Assembly: GCA_963770935.1 (NCBI GenBank)
Contig: CAVYRJ010000008.1
Coordinates: forward strand, 1-64,000
DNA length: 64,000 nucleotides
Origin: Candidatus Bathyarchaeota archaeon
Lineage (GTDB): Archaea; Thermoproteota; Bathyarchaeia; Bathyarchaeales; Bathycorpusculaceae
Reading direction: 5' to 3'
The notes below the pieces were generated by a model. That model did not search any database and was not told the DNA's origin. It saw only the letters and a list, made by a program, of their open reading frames with translations. Of this stretch, positions 11,322-21,567 are shown in pieces. A program made the position numbers and the translations under genes. Numbering within the stretch: the first letter of the stretch is position 1; each line of letters starts with the position of its first letter.

Positions 11322-12749
11322 TTGAAATGGATCAAAATATCAATTACCCGAACGTACCAAATTTACATATCGGGCAAACAAACGTTTGATAAGATAAGCC
11401 TTAAAAAAAATATCGCCGAAAATTACTCCTTCATAAGCATTCTAGTTGGCTACATACTTGTTGCTCTTTCATTAGGACCTTACCATAATGGGGATACAGC
11501 ATGGGAATACGATGCTGTATTGGGTGTAATGAAGTATGGCTTACCCTATGCAAATGGTTTATACTTGATGGACCAGCCGCCTTTGGGCTTTTACATCCAG
11601 GCAGCATTCTTCAAAGGATTCGGTTTATCGATTAACAATGGAACTTTCTTGGTTACTTTGTTTGGGCTTGGATGCGTTGCCTTAGTTTATGCAATAGGCA
11701 AGACAATGTATAACAAGACCACCGGTTTTTTTGCAGCTTCACTATTTGCCTTTAGTCCTTGGCACCTGCTACTTTCTAGAACATTCCTAATAGATGTGCC
11801 ATGCCTATTTTTTAGTTTGCTTTCTCTTTTTGTAGGAATAATTGCAGTACGAAAGAATTCGTTCAAACTTTTTATTGTTTCTGGATTAATTTTCGCTGCG
11901 GCTTTTGCCACAAAATTATACGCCGTCTATATCCTTATCCCCCTATTGGCCTTCCTTTTCTACTATAGACCAAGAAACGTAAAGCGCACAGTAAGCTGGC
12001 TGGTAGCATTTTCCCTGCCTGTAATATTGATTTCTTATTTTTGGTACCAAACAATTACAGGTATAGGCATGACCTCAATTTTTTTCCACCCTGACTTTAT
12101 GGTTCATGAAGCAAGCAGCGTTGTTCCATCATACTTTTTTGCGGGCAACTTCATAGTAAGTTATGGTTTAGGCTGGTTTTTCATTGATGCCGCAATCCTA
12201 TCACTAATCATTTGTTTTGCGCAAAGACGCTTATTTCAAAAGTTCATTACTTTTGATATCCTTTGTTTAGCCGTTATCGTTTGTGTCTTGAGCGTTAACA
12301 CTTTTTTGGGAGCAACCTTAGACCTTAAATCGCCCTACCTTAACGCAATAAAATATGACTATCAATCATTGCCTTTCCTAAGTTTCTTAGCGGCATCATT
12401 GATAACCAAAAGCATCTCACTTTTCAACATAGACAAGGCAAAGAAGAAACTAAATAAGATAGCCTACTTTTTTGTCGCTTCAGCAGGATTCATTCTGGTG
12501 GCAGCAACAATAAGTTATAGCATGAGTTATGTGCATCTTTTTACCACATGGAATTATTTCCTGTTCAGAGTAGAGCCCAACCTTAACTTGGGATATTCGC
12601 TTTTTAATGATTCTCCAATCAGCGTAAACAGCGTTTTGATGAGTGCCCAATACGTGGGGTACGCATTTTTTTTATCGGGGATGATATGGATAAGTAGACA
12701 TAAGATAGGTTCTTTACTAAATATAGTTCGGCAAAAAATTAACTCTTGA
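11322..12749 (+). CDS. GT-C fold glycosyltransferase (ArnT/PMT_2-like), full length
   Basis: GD..Y loop, DQPPLG, FAFSPWH..LSR..L.D, ATKLY motifs; multi-TM. Confidence 0.85.
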   Translation: MKWIKISITRTYQIYISGKQTFDKISLKKNIAENYSFISILVGYILVALSLGPYHNGDTAWEYDAVLGVMKYGLPYANGLYLMDQPPLGFYIQAAFFKGFGLSINNGTFLVTLFGLGCVALVYAIGKTMYNKTTGFFAASLFAFSPWHLLLSRTFLIDVPCLFFSLLSLFVGIIAVRKNSFKLFIVSGLIFAAAFATKLYAVYILIPLLAFLFYYRPRNVKRTVSWLVAFSLPVILISYFWYQTITGIGMTSIFFHPDFMVHEASSVVPSYFFAGNFIVSYGLGWFFIDAAILSLIICFAQRRLFQKFITFDILCLAVIVCVLSVNTFLGATLDLKSPYLNAIKYDYQSLPFLSFLAASLITKSISLFNIDKAKKKLNKIAYFFVASAGFILVAATISYSMSYVHLFTTWNYFLFRVEPNLNLGYSLFNDSPISVNSVLMSAQYVGYAFFLSGMIWISRHKIGSLLNIVRQKINS

Positions 12750-12816
12750 ACCTTTCAGTTAAAGTAAAAAACAAGTCTTATGTACCTGATTGGGACATAC
12801 AGAAAAGGGATGCAGC

Positions 12817-13188
12817 ATGCAAAACGACTCAGAAACAAAAATTAAGCAAGACCTTCTTGCTGAAATTCAGAATTTAGAGAACAATTACGAAATTATAGCA
12901 AATTTTACCGCAGGAATAGAATATGAGGTCACCGTCATCGGCTCCAGCATTCAATCCTTCAAAGACAGCTTAAGCCGAGCCAGCGCATTTGTCCTTGCCC
13001 TATACAACCTTAAAGGCAAAAGAGTCAATATCCCTTGGGACCCCCTCTTTACTAGCCTTGAATATGCGTTAGCAACTCTGTCCACGGCTCCAAAGAAAGC
13101 AACAGTTCAAGCAATTCTATCTATGTCTGAAGCCCAGATGGAACAAGTTATGACTTATTTTTCAGCTCTAAAAGAATCACTCAAATAA
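12817..13188 (+). CDS. Hypothetical protein
   Basis: Clean helical ORF; no recognised motif. Confidence 0.6.
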   Translation: MQNDSETKIKQDLLAEIQNLENNYEIIANFTAGIEYEVTVIGSSIQSFKDSLSRASAFVLALYNLKGKRVNIPWDPLFTSLEYALATLSTAPKKATVQAILSMSEAQMEQVMTYFSALKESLK

Positions 13189-13356
13189 CCCAGAACAGTA
13201 CTTAAAACAAAAACATTATTTGTTCCCAAGTTATAGTGCTTTTTTTGTGGCCCAAATCGATTTACCCAATATTTAAGGCAAAGATTAATTTCATTGTCAA
13301 ATTTTTAGCAATAATCTTTTATTGTAATTAGCGAATAATCTATAGTCGGTGCGAAT

Positions 13357-14139
13357 TTGTCCAAAACAAGTAGTAATTTACTTCGCTTTGGAAACCTCTT
13401 TGCCTTCATTGTTACTCTTGCAGTTAACGGTTTAGCAGGCACGACCTTGCTTAACAATAGGACAACCGCACAAGTATCCGATCTATACGCTAGCCCCATT
13501 ACGCCAGCAGGTTATGTCTTCGCAATATGGGGACTAATTTATGCGCTACTGCTGGTATTTGTCATATACCAACTTCTGCCCAAACAAAAAGACAAGTTGT
13601 TCCAACGGCAAATCGGCGGCCTTTTTATCCTAACTAGCATATTCAATGTTGTCTGGCTTTTCCTCTGGCAATACGACTACATCGTCGTCTCAGTGATTTT
13701 GATGTTGGCCCTTTTGGTAACGCTGATAAAAATTTATTTGCGTTTAGACATTGGGAAATCAAAGGCGCCGTTAACTGAAAAGTTTTGTGTTCAGTTGCCG
13801 TTTAGCGTTTATCTCGGCTGGATTACGGTTGCATCAATCGCTAATATCGCGGCTGCTTTGGTGTCGGTTGGTTGGGGTGGGTTTGGGTTGAGTGCGGAAA
13901 TATGGGCGATTGTAGCCATACTTGTTGCTTTAATCGTTACATTGGCGGTTATTGTTACCCGTAGAGATGTTGCATATAGTTTGGTTATTGTTTGGGCGCT
14001 CGCGGGTATAGCAGCTAAACAAAGTATGTATGCAAACATTGTAACTACTGCTGGAATAGGTACAGCCATAATTCTGATTGCCTTGGCTGTTACGTTAATA
14101 GTTTACAGATTAAGGCGTGGAAAGAGCTTAACTTTTTGA
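13357..14139 (+). CDS. TspO/MBR-related tryptophan-rich membrane protein
   Basis: ITPAGYVFAIWGLIY, NVVWLFLW and SVYLGWITVA motifs. Confidence 0.75.
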   Translation: MSKTSSNLLRFGNLFAFIVTLAVNGLAGTTLLNNRTTAQVSDLYASPITPAGYVFAIWGLIYALLLVFVIYQLLPKQKDKLFQRQIGGLFILTSIFNVVWLFLWQYDYIVVSVILMLALLVTLIKIYLRLDIGKSKAPLTEKFCVQLPFSVYLGWITVASIANIAAALVSVGWGGFGLSAEIWAIVAILVALIVTLAVIVTRRDVAYSLVIVWALAGIAAKQSMYANIVTTAGIGTAIILIALAVTLIVYRLRRGKSLTF

Positions 14140-14188
14140 GCTCCATGAAGGGTTAAGTATGACCCAAACAAAACATTATTGACTTTAC

Positions 14189-14530
14189 ATGGCTTATCTG
14201 CGTAACGAGAATGAAACTCTCGAAATAGACTATCCACTGGAAGATATTTGGACAGCTATCCCAGAAGTTATTAAGATTTTGGAGTGGACAATCGAAGAAA
14301 AAGACGATAATGAACACAAGATCAAAGTCAAAACAAAAGGAGGTTTCATGGCTTATGGCTCAAATTTTAATATTGAGGCAAAATCGAAAGATGAGAACAC
14401 CACTCGCTTGTCCATAAACGCTGAAACCCCCGTAACCACCATAACATCTATCATTGATTTTGGCAGAACAAGAGACCGTATTGGACAATTTATTGAAATA
14501 TTAGCAAAGCAAATGGAAAAGAAGAGGTAA
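14189..14530 (+). CDS. Hypothetical protein
   Basis: Clean alpha/beta ORF of 113 aa. Confidence 0.6.
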   Translation: MAYLRNENETLEIDYPLEDIWTAIPEVIKILEWTIEEKDDNEHKIKVKTKGGFMAYGSNFNIEAKSKDENTTRLSINAETPVTTITSIIDFGRTRDRIGQFIEILAKQMEKKR

Positions 14531-14603
14531 CGACTTTTTTACATCAAAATTAGGATTAGAAATCCAAAAATCTAATATGCATTAGAAAACGCTTGAATAC
14601 CTT

Positions 14604-15565
14604 ATGATTCGCGCCGTTACATTAGGCGACAACAAAGAAAGAACAGTTCAGCCTGAAGAAGTAAAAGCGCTAAGCCTCTCCGAATGTTTGGCTGGAGCTT
14701 GTTGATCCGACCGAAAACGAGTTACGCGCAGTCTCCGATGCAACCGAGTTGTCAATTAATTTTTTGAGGTTACCAACAGCAAACGATTATGTTGATTTAC
14801 GCTTAGAAGATGGTTATGCAATTATCAATTTCCTAGTAATGGCAGATGTTGCATCAACTAAAAAAGGGCACCCAGTAATTATGGCTTTTTCAAAGAGCTT
14901 TCTTGTTACAGTCGCGAAAAAGGAAATTCAACCAATCATTAACACTGCTAAAGAACGAATGAGTAAAGCCAAAATTGACCCGCCTTCTCAGGTTGTATAT
15001 TATATTATAGATGAAATCGTCGCAAGCCATTACAGCCACATTGAAAAAATAGAGAACCTAACTGCTAAAGTTGAAGAGGAAGTCGTTGAAAAAACCTCCT
15101 CCGAAACGCTCAAACGAATATTTAAGCTTAAAACCAACATGATTAGCTTTAACAAGATTTTGTGGTATGAACGGGGACTAATTTTTAATCTCCACAAATG
15201 TGGCGATACATGCATGATTTCAAAAGCTAGATACCCTTTTTGATACTACTCATGAAGATTTGACTAGGCAAATAGACATTGTTGAAACCTACCGAGAAAT
15301 CCTCTCAGACGCAATAAACGTGCACCTATCCGCCATCTCAAACAAGATTAACCTCTCCATAAAAAGCCTAACAGTCGTTATATTCTACCTAACCATCATT
15401 ACCACAATAACTTCTTTCCCAAACACAGTTGCCACCTTCTTTGGAATTTCCCAGTTCGGCAACACCAACATCATCATAGTCAGCGTTGCCATACTGTTGT
15501 CCATCGTTTTGCCGTTCATTTGGCTTTGGAAAAAGAATTGGCTTACACTAAAAAGGCTTGATTAA
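14604..15565 (+). CDS. corA: CorA-family divalent cation transporter (two frameshifts)
   Basis: WLELVDPT..EL N-terminus, 'DLTRQIDIVETYREILS...HLS..SNKIN' stalk helix, two C-terminal TMs; GMN motif is divergent (FGIS). Confidence 0.75.
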
Positions 15566-15661
15566 GCTTGATCCTTCATTTTTCTCCAAAACAAGCTCTC
15601 CAAGTTTTAGCGGGGAAAGTTATTTGTGTTCTCCAGTCAAATTAATAATAACGTCGATTTC

Positions 15662-16081
15662 ATGAGCAGAAAACAAACCCCAATTATCACCTACAAGGGC
15701 AGAAGCTTAGGCATTGTCGTTTTAACCGTTGCACAATTACTCATCGGAGCCATACATGTTTTCTTCGGGTTATTGCTGCTTATGTTCGAAAACATCTCTT
15801 TCCTTCAAGCAACAGCCGCCTACGACGTTTACACGTTTGTTTTCGGATTGTTAGTCTTGGTTTTCGCCGTTTTCATTTGGCAAGGCAAGAAGGCAGGATG
15901 GGTTGGCACTGTTGCGGTTTCGTTGTTTGTTATTGCTGCGGATTCCTTGACGCTTCTGGATTTGCCAAGTATTCCGGGGGTTCCAAAGTTTCCAGCGTTA
16001 ACCGAAATAGCGTATAGCCTTTTGGTTATATTATACTTGTTTCAATCTGGCGTTAGAAGCAAATATTTGGATTTAAAGTAA
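15662..16081 (+). CDS. Small 4-TM membrane protein
   Basis: Four hydrophobic segments. Confidence 0.65.
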   Translation: MSRKQTPIITYKGRSLGIVVLTVAQLLIGAIHVFFGLLLLMFENISFLQATAAYDVYTFVFGLLVLVFAVFIWQGKKAGWVGTVAVSLFVIAADSLTLLDLPSIPGVPKFPALTEIAYSLLVILYLFQSGVRSKYLDLK

Positions 16082-16165
16082 CTGTGGTTACGTTGCTACA
16101 ATCACAATCGTTTATAGAAGTATTCAATGTTAACTCAACCAAGTTAACTATTGGAGAGATTTTGA

Positions 16166-16552
16166 TTGGATAAAGTTGTACATTTTGAAATCCCCGCAGA
16201 TAATGTTGAGAGAGCAAAAAAATTCTACAAAGAAACCTTTGATTGGAAGATAACCCCCGTTCCGCAAATGAACTATACGCTTTTAGGAACAGTCGAAGTA
16301 GACCAAAACAACATGCCCAAAGAATCCGGCGCCATCAACGGAGGAATGATGGAACGCAGCTTCGGCATAGCAGGCCCAGTGCTAACAATAAACGTAAACA
16401 ACATCGACGCATCCATTGAGAAAATCAAAAATCAGGGTGGCAAAATCATCCAAGGCAAGATGGAAGTTCCCACTGTCGGCTTCATAGCGTATTTCCAAGA
16501 CACTGAAGGGAATATTTTAGGTCTGATTCAACCAACTGAGTGGCGACGCTAA
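16166..16552 (+). CDS. VOC/glyoxalase family protein
   Basis: VVHFEIPAD..RAKKFY...FDW, INGG, AYFQDTEGN. Confidence 0.9.
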   Translation: MDKVVHFEIPADNVERAKKFYKETFDWKITPVPQMNYTLLGTVEVDQNNMPKESGAINGGMMERSFGIAGPVLTINVNNIDASIEKIKNQGGKIIQGKMEVPTVGFIAYFQDTEGNILGLIQPTEWRR

Positions 16553-16562
16553 GAGAGCAGAC

Positions 16563-17229
16563 TTATCTAACGGTGGCGTTGTTGGGGTAGCCTCTGCTTT
16601 CCCACCAACCCAGATAATCAGGGTTGTCGGTTAACTCGATTTTTGTAACCCATTTAATCCATTTGTACCCGTACTGGCTTTCAGCTACCAGCTCGAAGGG
16701 GAAACCGCGTTCAGGCGGAATCACCAGCCCATTCATCTTATAGGCTAATATGATGTTGTTGTTTGTGATGTAATCGAGCGGAAGCTCAGTGGAGTAGCCA
16801 TCAGACGCATAAAAGATTGCTCCCACCGCACTGAAGTTAACTCCTGCTTCTTTTAACAAATCGTTCACAAGGAAGCCTTCCCAAAGAATCTTAGCCGACC
16901 AGCCTTCCACACAATAAAGCGTTACAACTTTTTGGTACTTTTGGAAATTGATTATTTGGTCGTATGTGTATTCGACGGTTTTGTTTACTAAGCCCGTTAT
17001 TTCTAAGCGGTAGGTTGATGAGTTGATGAATTGTGTTCCCCTGATGGCGTTTTCCTGAACGTCAGCAATTGAGGCGAGGTTTTGGCCTTGGTAATCGCGG
17101 ATTTCGCCAGGATACAACCTCTTAGGTTGATTCTGCAACGTAGTAGTATACACCTAAGAAAACAAGCACTAACAGCATTATGCCTAAAGCAACAGCTATT
17201 ATTTTTCTGAAAAAACTTTTCTTCTCCAT
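16563..17229 (-). CDS. Membrane-anchored molybdopterin-dependent oxidoreductase (sulfite oxidase/MsrP-like); frameshift near 17125
   Basis: CVEGWS, DGYST.LP, LAY.MNG..IPPERGFP..LV...YGYKWIKWV, GWWESRGY. Confidence 0.85.
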
Positions 17230-17285
17230 TCTCTTTCAACCTAAAAAAGAAGAAACCAAGGTTTAAACATACTGGCTTTTTAATT

Positions 17286-17699
17286 CTAATCAACGGTTTT
17301 TTCTTTGAGGGTACGCAAGTACGATGTTAAGCTCTCAATGCACTGAATTTCCCGACCAACCAGCCCACGTAATTCACGCCAAAACCTCACGTTCACCTTG
17401 ATTTTTCCCCGTTCCAAACTCTCCTGCAAACGCTTGGTGCCTTCCCTTCCTCTTCTGTCAAAATCCAAAAAAAGAATAACCTCATCTGCCCCAAGGGCTT
17501 CAATTTCCGCGGTTGCTTCAAGAAAAGATTTGCCGCCAGTCTTCACCGTCAAGATTGCGCCACTAACGCCTAACTCTTGGAGCGCTTGCGCATCTTTTTT
17601 GCCCTCAACAACTATGGGCTTGCCTTTAGCTGATTCCTCAACCAACTTGGTTATGATTTGCTCGATTTTCTCCACTTTCTCTTTAAGATGCGTTGACAA
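17286..17699 (-). CDS. Stand-alone TOPRIM-domain protein (RNase M5-like)
   Basis: IVVEGKKD and FLDFDRRG motifs. Confidence 0.85.
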   Translation of the reverse strand: MSTHLKEKVEKIEQIITKLVEESAKGKPIVVEGKKDAQALQELGVSGAILTVKTGGKSFLEATAEIEALGADEVILFLDFDRRGREGTKRLQESLERGKIKVNVRFWRELRGLVGREIQCIESLTSYLRTLKEKTVD

Positions 17700-17704
17700 A
17701 ACTA

Positions 17705-18800
17705 TTACCTGGTAATTTTTGCCTTGCGTACCGTCTCCAAGCAGTCTTTGGCTTCTTTGTTGTTTTCGAAGTAGCGGCGGACTGGCTCAAGAATGTCTGC
17801 CAAGTTGGGTTGCAACTCCGTTTTTGAGGTCCATCGGATGCAGTTTACCCTCTGCATAGCATGATTCAAGTTCTTGGAAACTCTGGAAATCAATGTTGCC
17901 GCCGAATTTGGCTGGGCGCTCAATTGTAAAGACTGGTTTCTCTCGGAAAACAATGTATTTGCAGATGTCCATTATGGGGTTGAATTTTACGGTTCTCTCT
18001 GGACAGAATGCTTTACTCATCTTTTGTTTGATTTCCTCTGGTGTATCGTAGATGAAGATGCATGTGTCTGGTTTGCTCTTAGACATCTTCGCTGAGGCAA
18101 CTGCTTCTCTTTCTTGTCCTTCGGGAATCGGCCAAATTCCGGGTTTCGCTAAACCCTGTAGCAAATGGTGATGTACGCAGACGGGTTTCCAGCAGCCGAT
18201 TTTTTCGCCGATTTCTCTGCCAACCATGTTTGCTTTTCGCTGATCCATGCCTAGCTGGCAAATCTTGACTTTCATGTGGAAAATGTCTGCGACCTGCATG
18301 GGCGTGTAGAGGTAGTCGGAGACGTAGTGGGCTTCGCCTTCTTTTCTGCCTGCAATTTCCAGCGTTCGGGTGGTTCGGGCAAGGGTGAGGTTTTTGGCGA
18401 TTATGACTGTTTTTGCCCAGTAATCAATGTCTTTGTAGAGTTCGTCGGAGTAGATGAATTCAACTTTGTCGCCTGGAACGCCAAGGGATAGCCATGAGTG
18501 GCGGAAAAGGTCTGCGGCTTTGCGGATAAGCGTTAAGTCGCCGCCGAGTTTGTTGTTGAGCCATGCATGCCACGTTGCCAAAAAAGCTTTGAAATGTATG
18601 CCTGCTTCGGCGAAGTCTTTCATTTTGTAAGCGCAGATAACGCCTGTTCCCAAATGCGCCAACCCTGAGGGTTCCCAACCGTTGTAGGCGATGGGGTGCT
18701 CTTCTGTTTCCAAAATGCTCCGTAAGTCCTCGGGGGTTACTACTTCTTCTGTTGGCGGTCTGCAGATAAGCTCAATTTTCTTCTCTAAATCCAAAGGCAA
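17705..18800 (-). CDS. tyrS: Tyrosyl-tRNA synthetase (archaeal type); +1 indel near 17800
   Basis: YNGWEPSG.AHLG, YTPMQVADI, GMDQRKA, KMSKS, LHPMDLK. Confidence 0.95.
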
Positions 18801-18947
18801 CTCAACTCAATTCTTATTAGCATAAACGATTTCTGGGGAATTTAAGAATTTAGTTTAAACAACTGAGATTCTAAACAGAATTTTTGGCCTCCTACTTAGT
18901 TTAAAAAGCATGCGGTGCAACAGGTTATGAGAGTTCGCTTGGGAAAA

Positions 18948-19866
18948 TTACTTTAAGATTTTTTCCCAGCTTGCAACTCTATCCAAGACTTCCTGCACTG
19001 GTTTTCCACCATAACTCTTCAACCGTTCTCTAAGTTGAACGTCTAGGACTACTGCTTTTTGGAAATCCAACATTTGGCTTTCGCCATCTGTTAAGTAGAG
19101 AAATCCAAGAAATCCATCCGTTCCAGCTCTTGCACAACGAACACGTAACCGTTAGCAACTCTGCTGGGGTTGGTACATCTTGGGGGTTGTCGCCTGGACC
19201 ATAAACGTATAGGCTGATGTAGGAGGGTTTTTTGAGTAGCTTCTTAAAGCCGCGTGCAAGCATCTCCCAGTACCATGGCGTCGCATAGTTTTTGCTAAAC
19301 ATCACCACGTTAAATGCGTCAGCGTACTTGGCGAAGTCGTCAAAGTCCACACCATAACGCTCATAGGAAGTTATAGGGTCAGGTTGAAGGCTCAAGACAA
19401 GCTCTTTTTTGACTACATCTCGGATCTGCGCTATGTAGTCGGTAACTACTTTTCTGCGCCACTCCAGCCAGCCCAACCCGCTTTTGCTCCAAAGTTCTTG
19501 GCATCGGGGACAGGTGCAGTGACTGTGTTCAGCGAAGTATTGACTGTTTAACCAAATGCCGAGTGATTGTCGGTCGACTTCGGCGATGTACTTGAGTTGT
19601 TCTTCTCGGTATTCGGGTTGTGTAGCGCAAAGCACGCTCCAGTAGATGTTGAAGTTGTTGTTTCCGAACTTGGCTGGACCAAGAGGTGACTGTGAAATCC
19701 AGTCAGGATGATTTTGTCCGGTTAGGGTGTCGGCGAAGACTGCGATGTTGCTGTACATGTCTGGGGCTGGTTGAAGCCTCAATCCTGTTTCTGGTTTAAC
19801 TCGGTAAACGTGGAAGTCGAATCCTTGGGGTTTTTGGGGTTGAAATGTAAATGAGCCAAACTTCAT
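18948..19866 (-). CDS. Uncharacterised glycoside-hydrolase-like TIM-barrel protein with CxCxxC; frameshift near 19140
   Basis: HCTCPRC...WLEWRRKVVTDYI and ERYGVDFDDFAKYAD resemble GHL/GH42-like barrels. Confidence 0.55.
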
Positions 19867-20164
19867 TTTCTGGTCGCCTTTTATGCAAAGAAGCGTTGTG
19901 TCGTTATAAGTTTTGTGTGCTAAACTCAAAACCTGTTATTTTATTTTTCTAACCTGATCTTAAAAAGCTTGTGAAAAAGTATTTGTACAACTGTGGGTAG
20001 ACGTATAAATTTTTATGCCCAACTATTATTTACACCCGTATGGACAGTTGTTTAATAGTTTGTATAAATGATATAAAAGTGCAAACTATAATCTACATTT
20101 TTATTCGTAATGCTTATATAATATCTAAGAAGTTCGAAATGTGTCAAATATGCTGAGTGGGAAA

Positions 20165-20721
20165 ATGGTAAATCCGACAAGAATAACAGTAGCTTTCGAT
20201 AAAGTCACGGCAGATTTGCTGGAAAAAATAAGCACAGAAGCCCATGTTTCACAGAGCGAAACAATGCGTCGAGCCTTAAAATTTTACAGCGAAAACAAAG
20301 CACTCGAAGACCCAGCGGCCAAGAAAAAAATTTTCTCCTACATAGATATGCTCCTTTCAGGTGAACATGTCATTTTAGACGTTGACCACTGGCTTATGTT
20401 CCTGCGTCTATCCCTTCATCACCAGAGAAGGAGCAATTCTGGAAAGAACATAGGGAAGTCGCGCGTGCGCACTGGGAACAACTAAAAAACAAGGTACACT
20501 CAGCAGAAGATTTGCTGGCAAGGCTTGAGGCATGCAACTTTTACCGCTTAATCAAGAACGCACCCAACGACTTCACGCTAGTGTCGGTTTCGGAGGTTTC
20601 GAAAGATTTCATCAGAATCTTCCTTGAAGACTACTTTGCCGCCATGGGTGTTAAAGCTGAGATAAAAGAGAACTTAACCAAGCTGAGAGTCACAGTAAAA
20701 CCTGGCACCCTGAGAGTATAG
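20165..20721 (+). CDS. Ribbon-helix-helix (CopG-like) regulator with C-terminal V4R-like ligand domain; frameshift near 20410
   Basis: RITVAFD...VSQSETMRRALKFY; GEHVILDVDHW; LARLEACNFY. Confidence 0.7.
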
Positions 20722-20936
20722 CTGTCTTGCACCAAACAAGTAATTGGTTAGAACAACATTTCATAATTATTATGCATATATATTAAATATGTTTTTAAGA
20801 TAGAGGCATGCAATAAGTGTACAGTGAAACAAGAATAATCAAACAAACGTTAAATAAACACGATAAAACTATAAATCTGCACACTAAAACCGATCAATCC
20901 TCAACTTTCAACAGTAGGGGTTACCGGTAGATTTGC

Positions 20937-21411
20937 TTGAGAAAAAAAACAATAAAAAAACAGAACTTGACCCATCAATACCCAAATTCTAAGGATACTG
21001 CAGGAGAATTGCCGGTTAAGTTTCCGAAAAATTGGTGACAAAATAGGCATCTCAGGTGTTATTGCAGCGTCAAGAATCAATAATTTAGAGGACAGGGGCG
21101 TGGTGAAGGGTTATACCGTAATTTTGGACCCAGTTAAGTTAGGTTATGACTTAACAGCGATTATTTTTGTTCAAACTGAGGGTGGGTATCTCGAGGATTT
21201 AGAAAATGAGCTCTCACAAATGTCCAACATTATCGGCCTGTATGAAATCACAGGAGACTTTGATGTTGTTGCTATTGTCAAGCTTAAGGATCGAGAGAGT
21301 TTGAATAATTTAATTAAGAATTACTAGTTACTCCTCATATTAAGAAAACGATGACTAATATTACGCTGAATGTTGTGAAAGAGGATTTCAAGATTAAACT
21401 CTATTTTTTAG
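20937..21411 (+). CDS. Lrp/AsnC family transcriptional regulator (frameshifted)
   Basis: ILRILQENCRLSFRKIG..IGIS...RINNLEDRGVVKGY; YEITGDFD. Confidence 0.85.
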
Positions 21412-21486
21412 CATTTGCGTAGTGTAAACAGGTTTTTATCGGACAGTGACGCAAACATTTATTTTGACTAATTTATGTAAATATTT

Positions 21487-21531
21487 CAGTTTTTCATAAA
21501 AGTTATGAACAAATCACAACTACCCTTATAT
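21487..21531 (+). promoter_or_regulatory. 45-bp promoter block with palindrome TTCATAA-N3-TTATGAA and a TATA-like box, upstream of amt-1
   Basis: Identical to 23261-23305. Confidence 0.75.
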
Positions 21532-21567
21532 TGGCTAGCCGCCCAACCGTCCTATAAAAACGGTGAA

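Larger units (their letters stand above)
6821..12221 (+). repeat. Diverged direct tandem duplication, period ~2700 bp (6821-9520 / 9522-12221)
   Basis: Homologous start codons at 7417/10117 and 8621/11322; junction TTTGCG-G-AATTTTGGAG at ~9520. Confidence 0.9.

Noticed and set aside
18931-18980. Inverted repeat GCTTGGGAAAA...TTTTCCCAGC at the end of the GH-like gene
   Set aside because: Short and imperfect, and it overlaps the stop codon; at most a terminator or stability hairpin.
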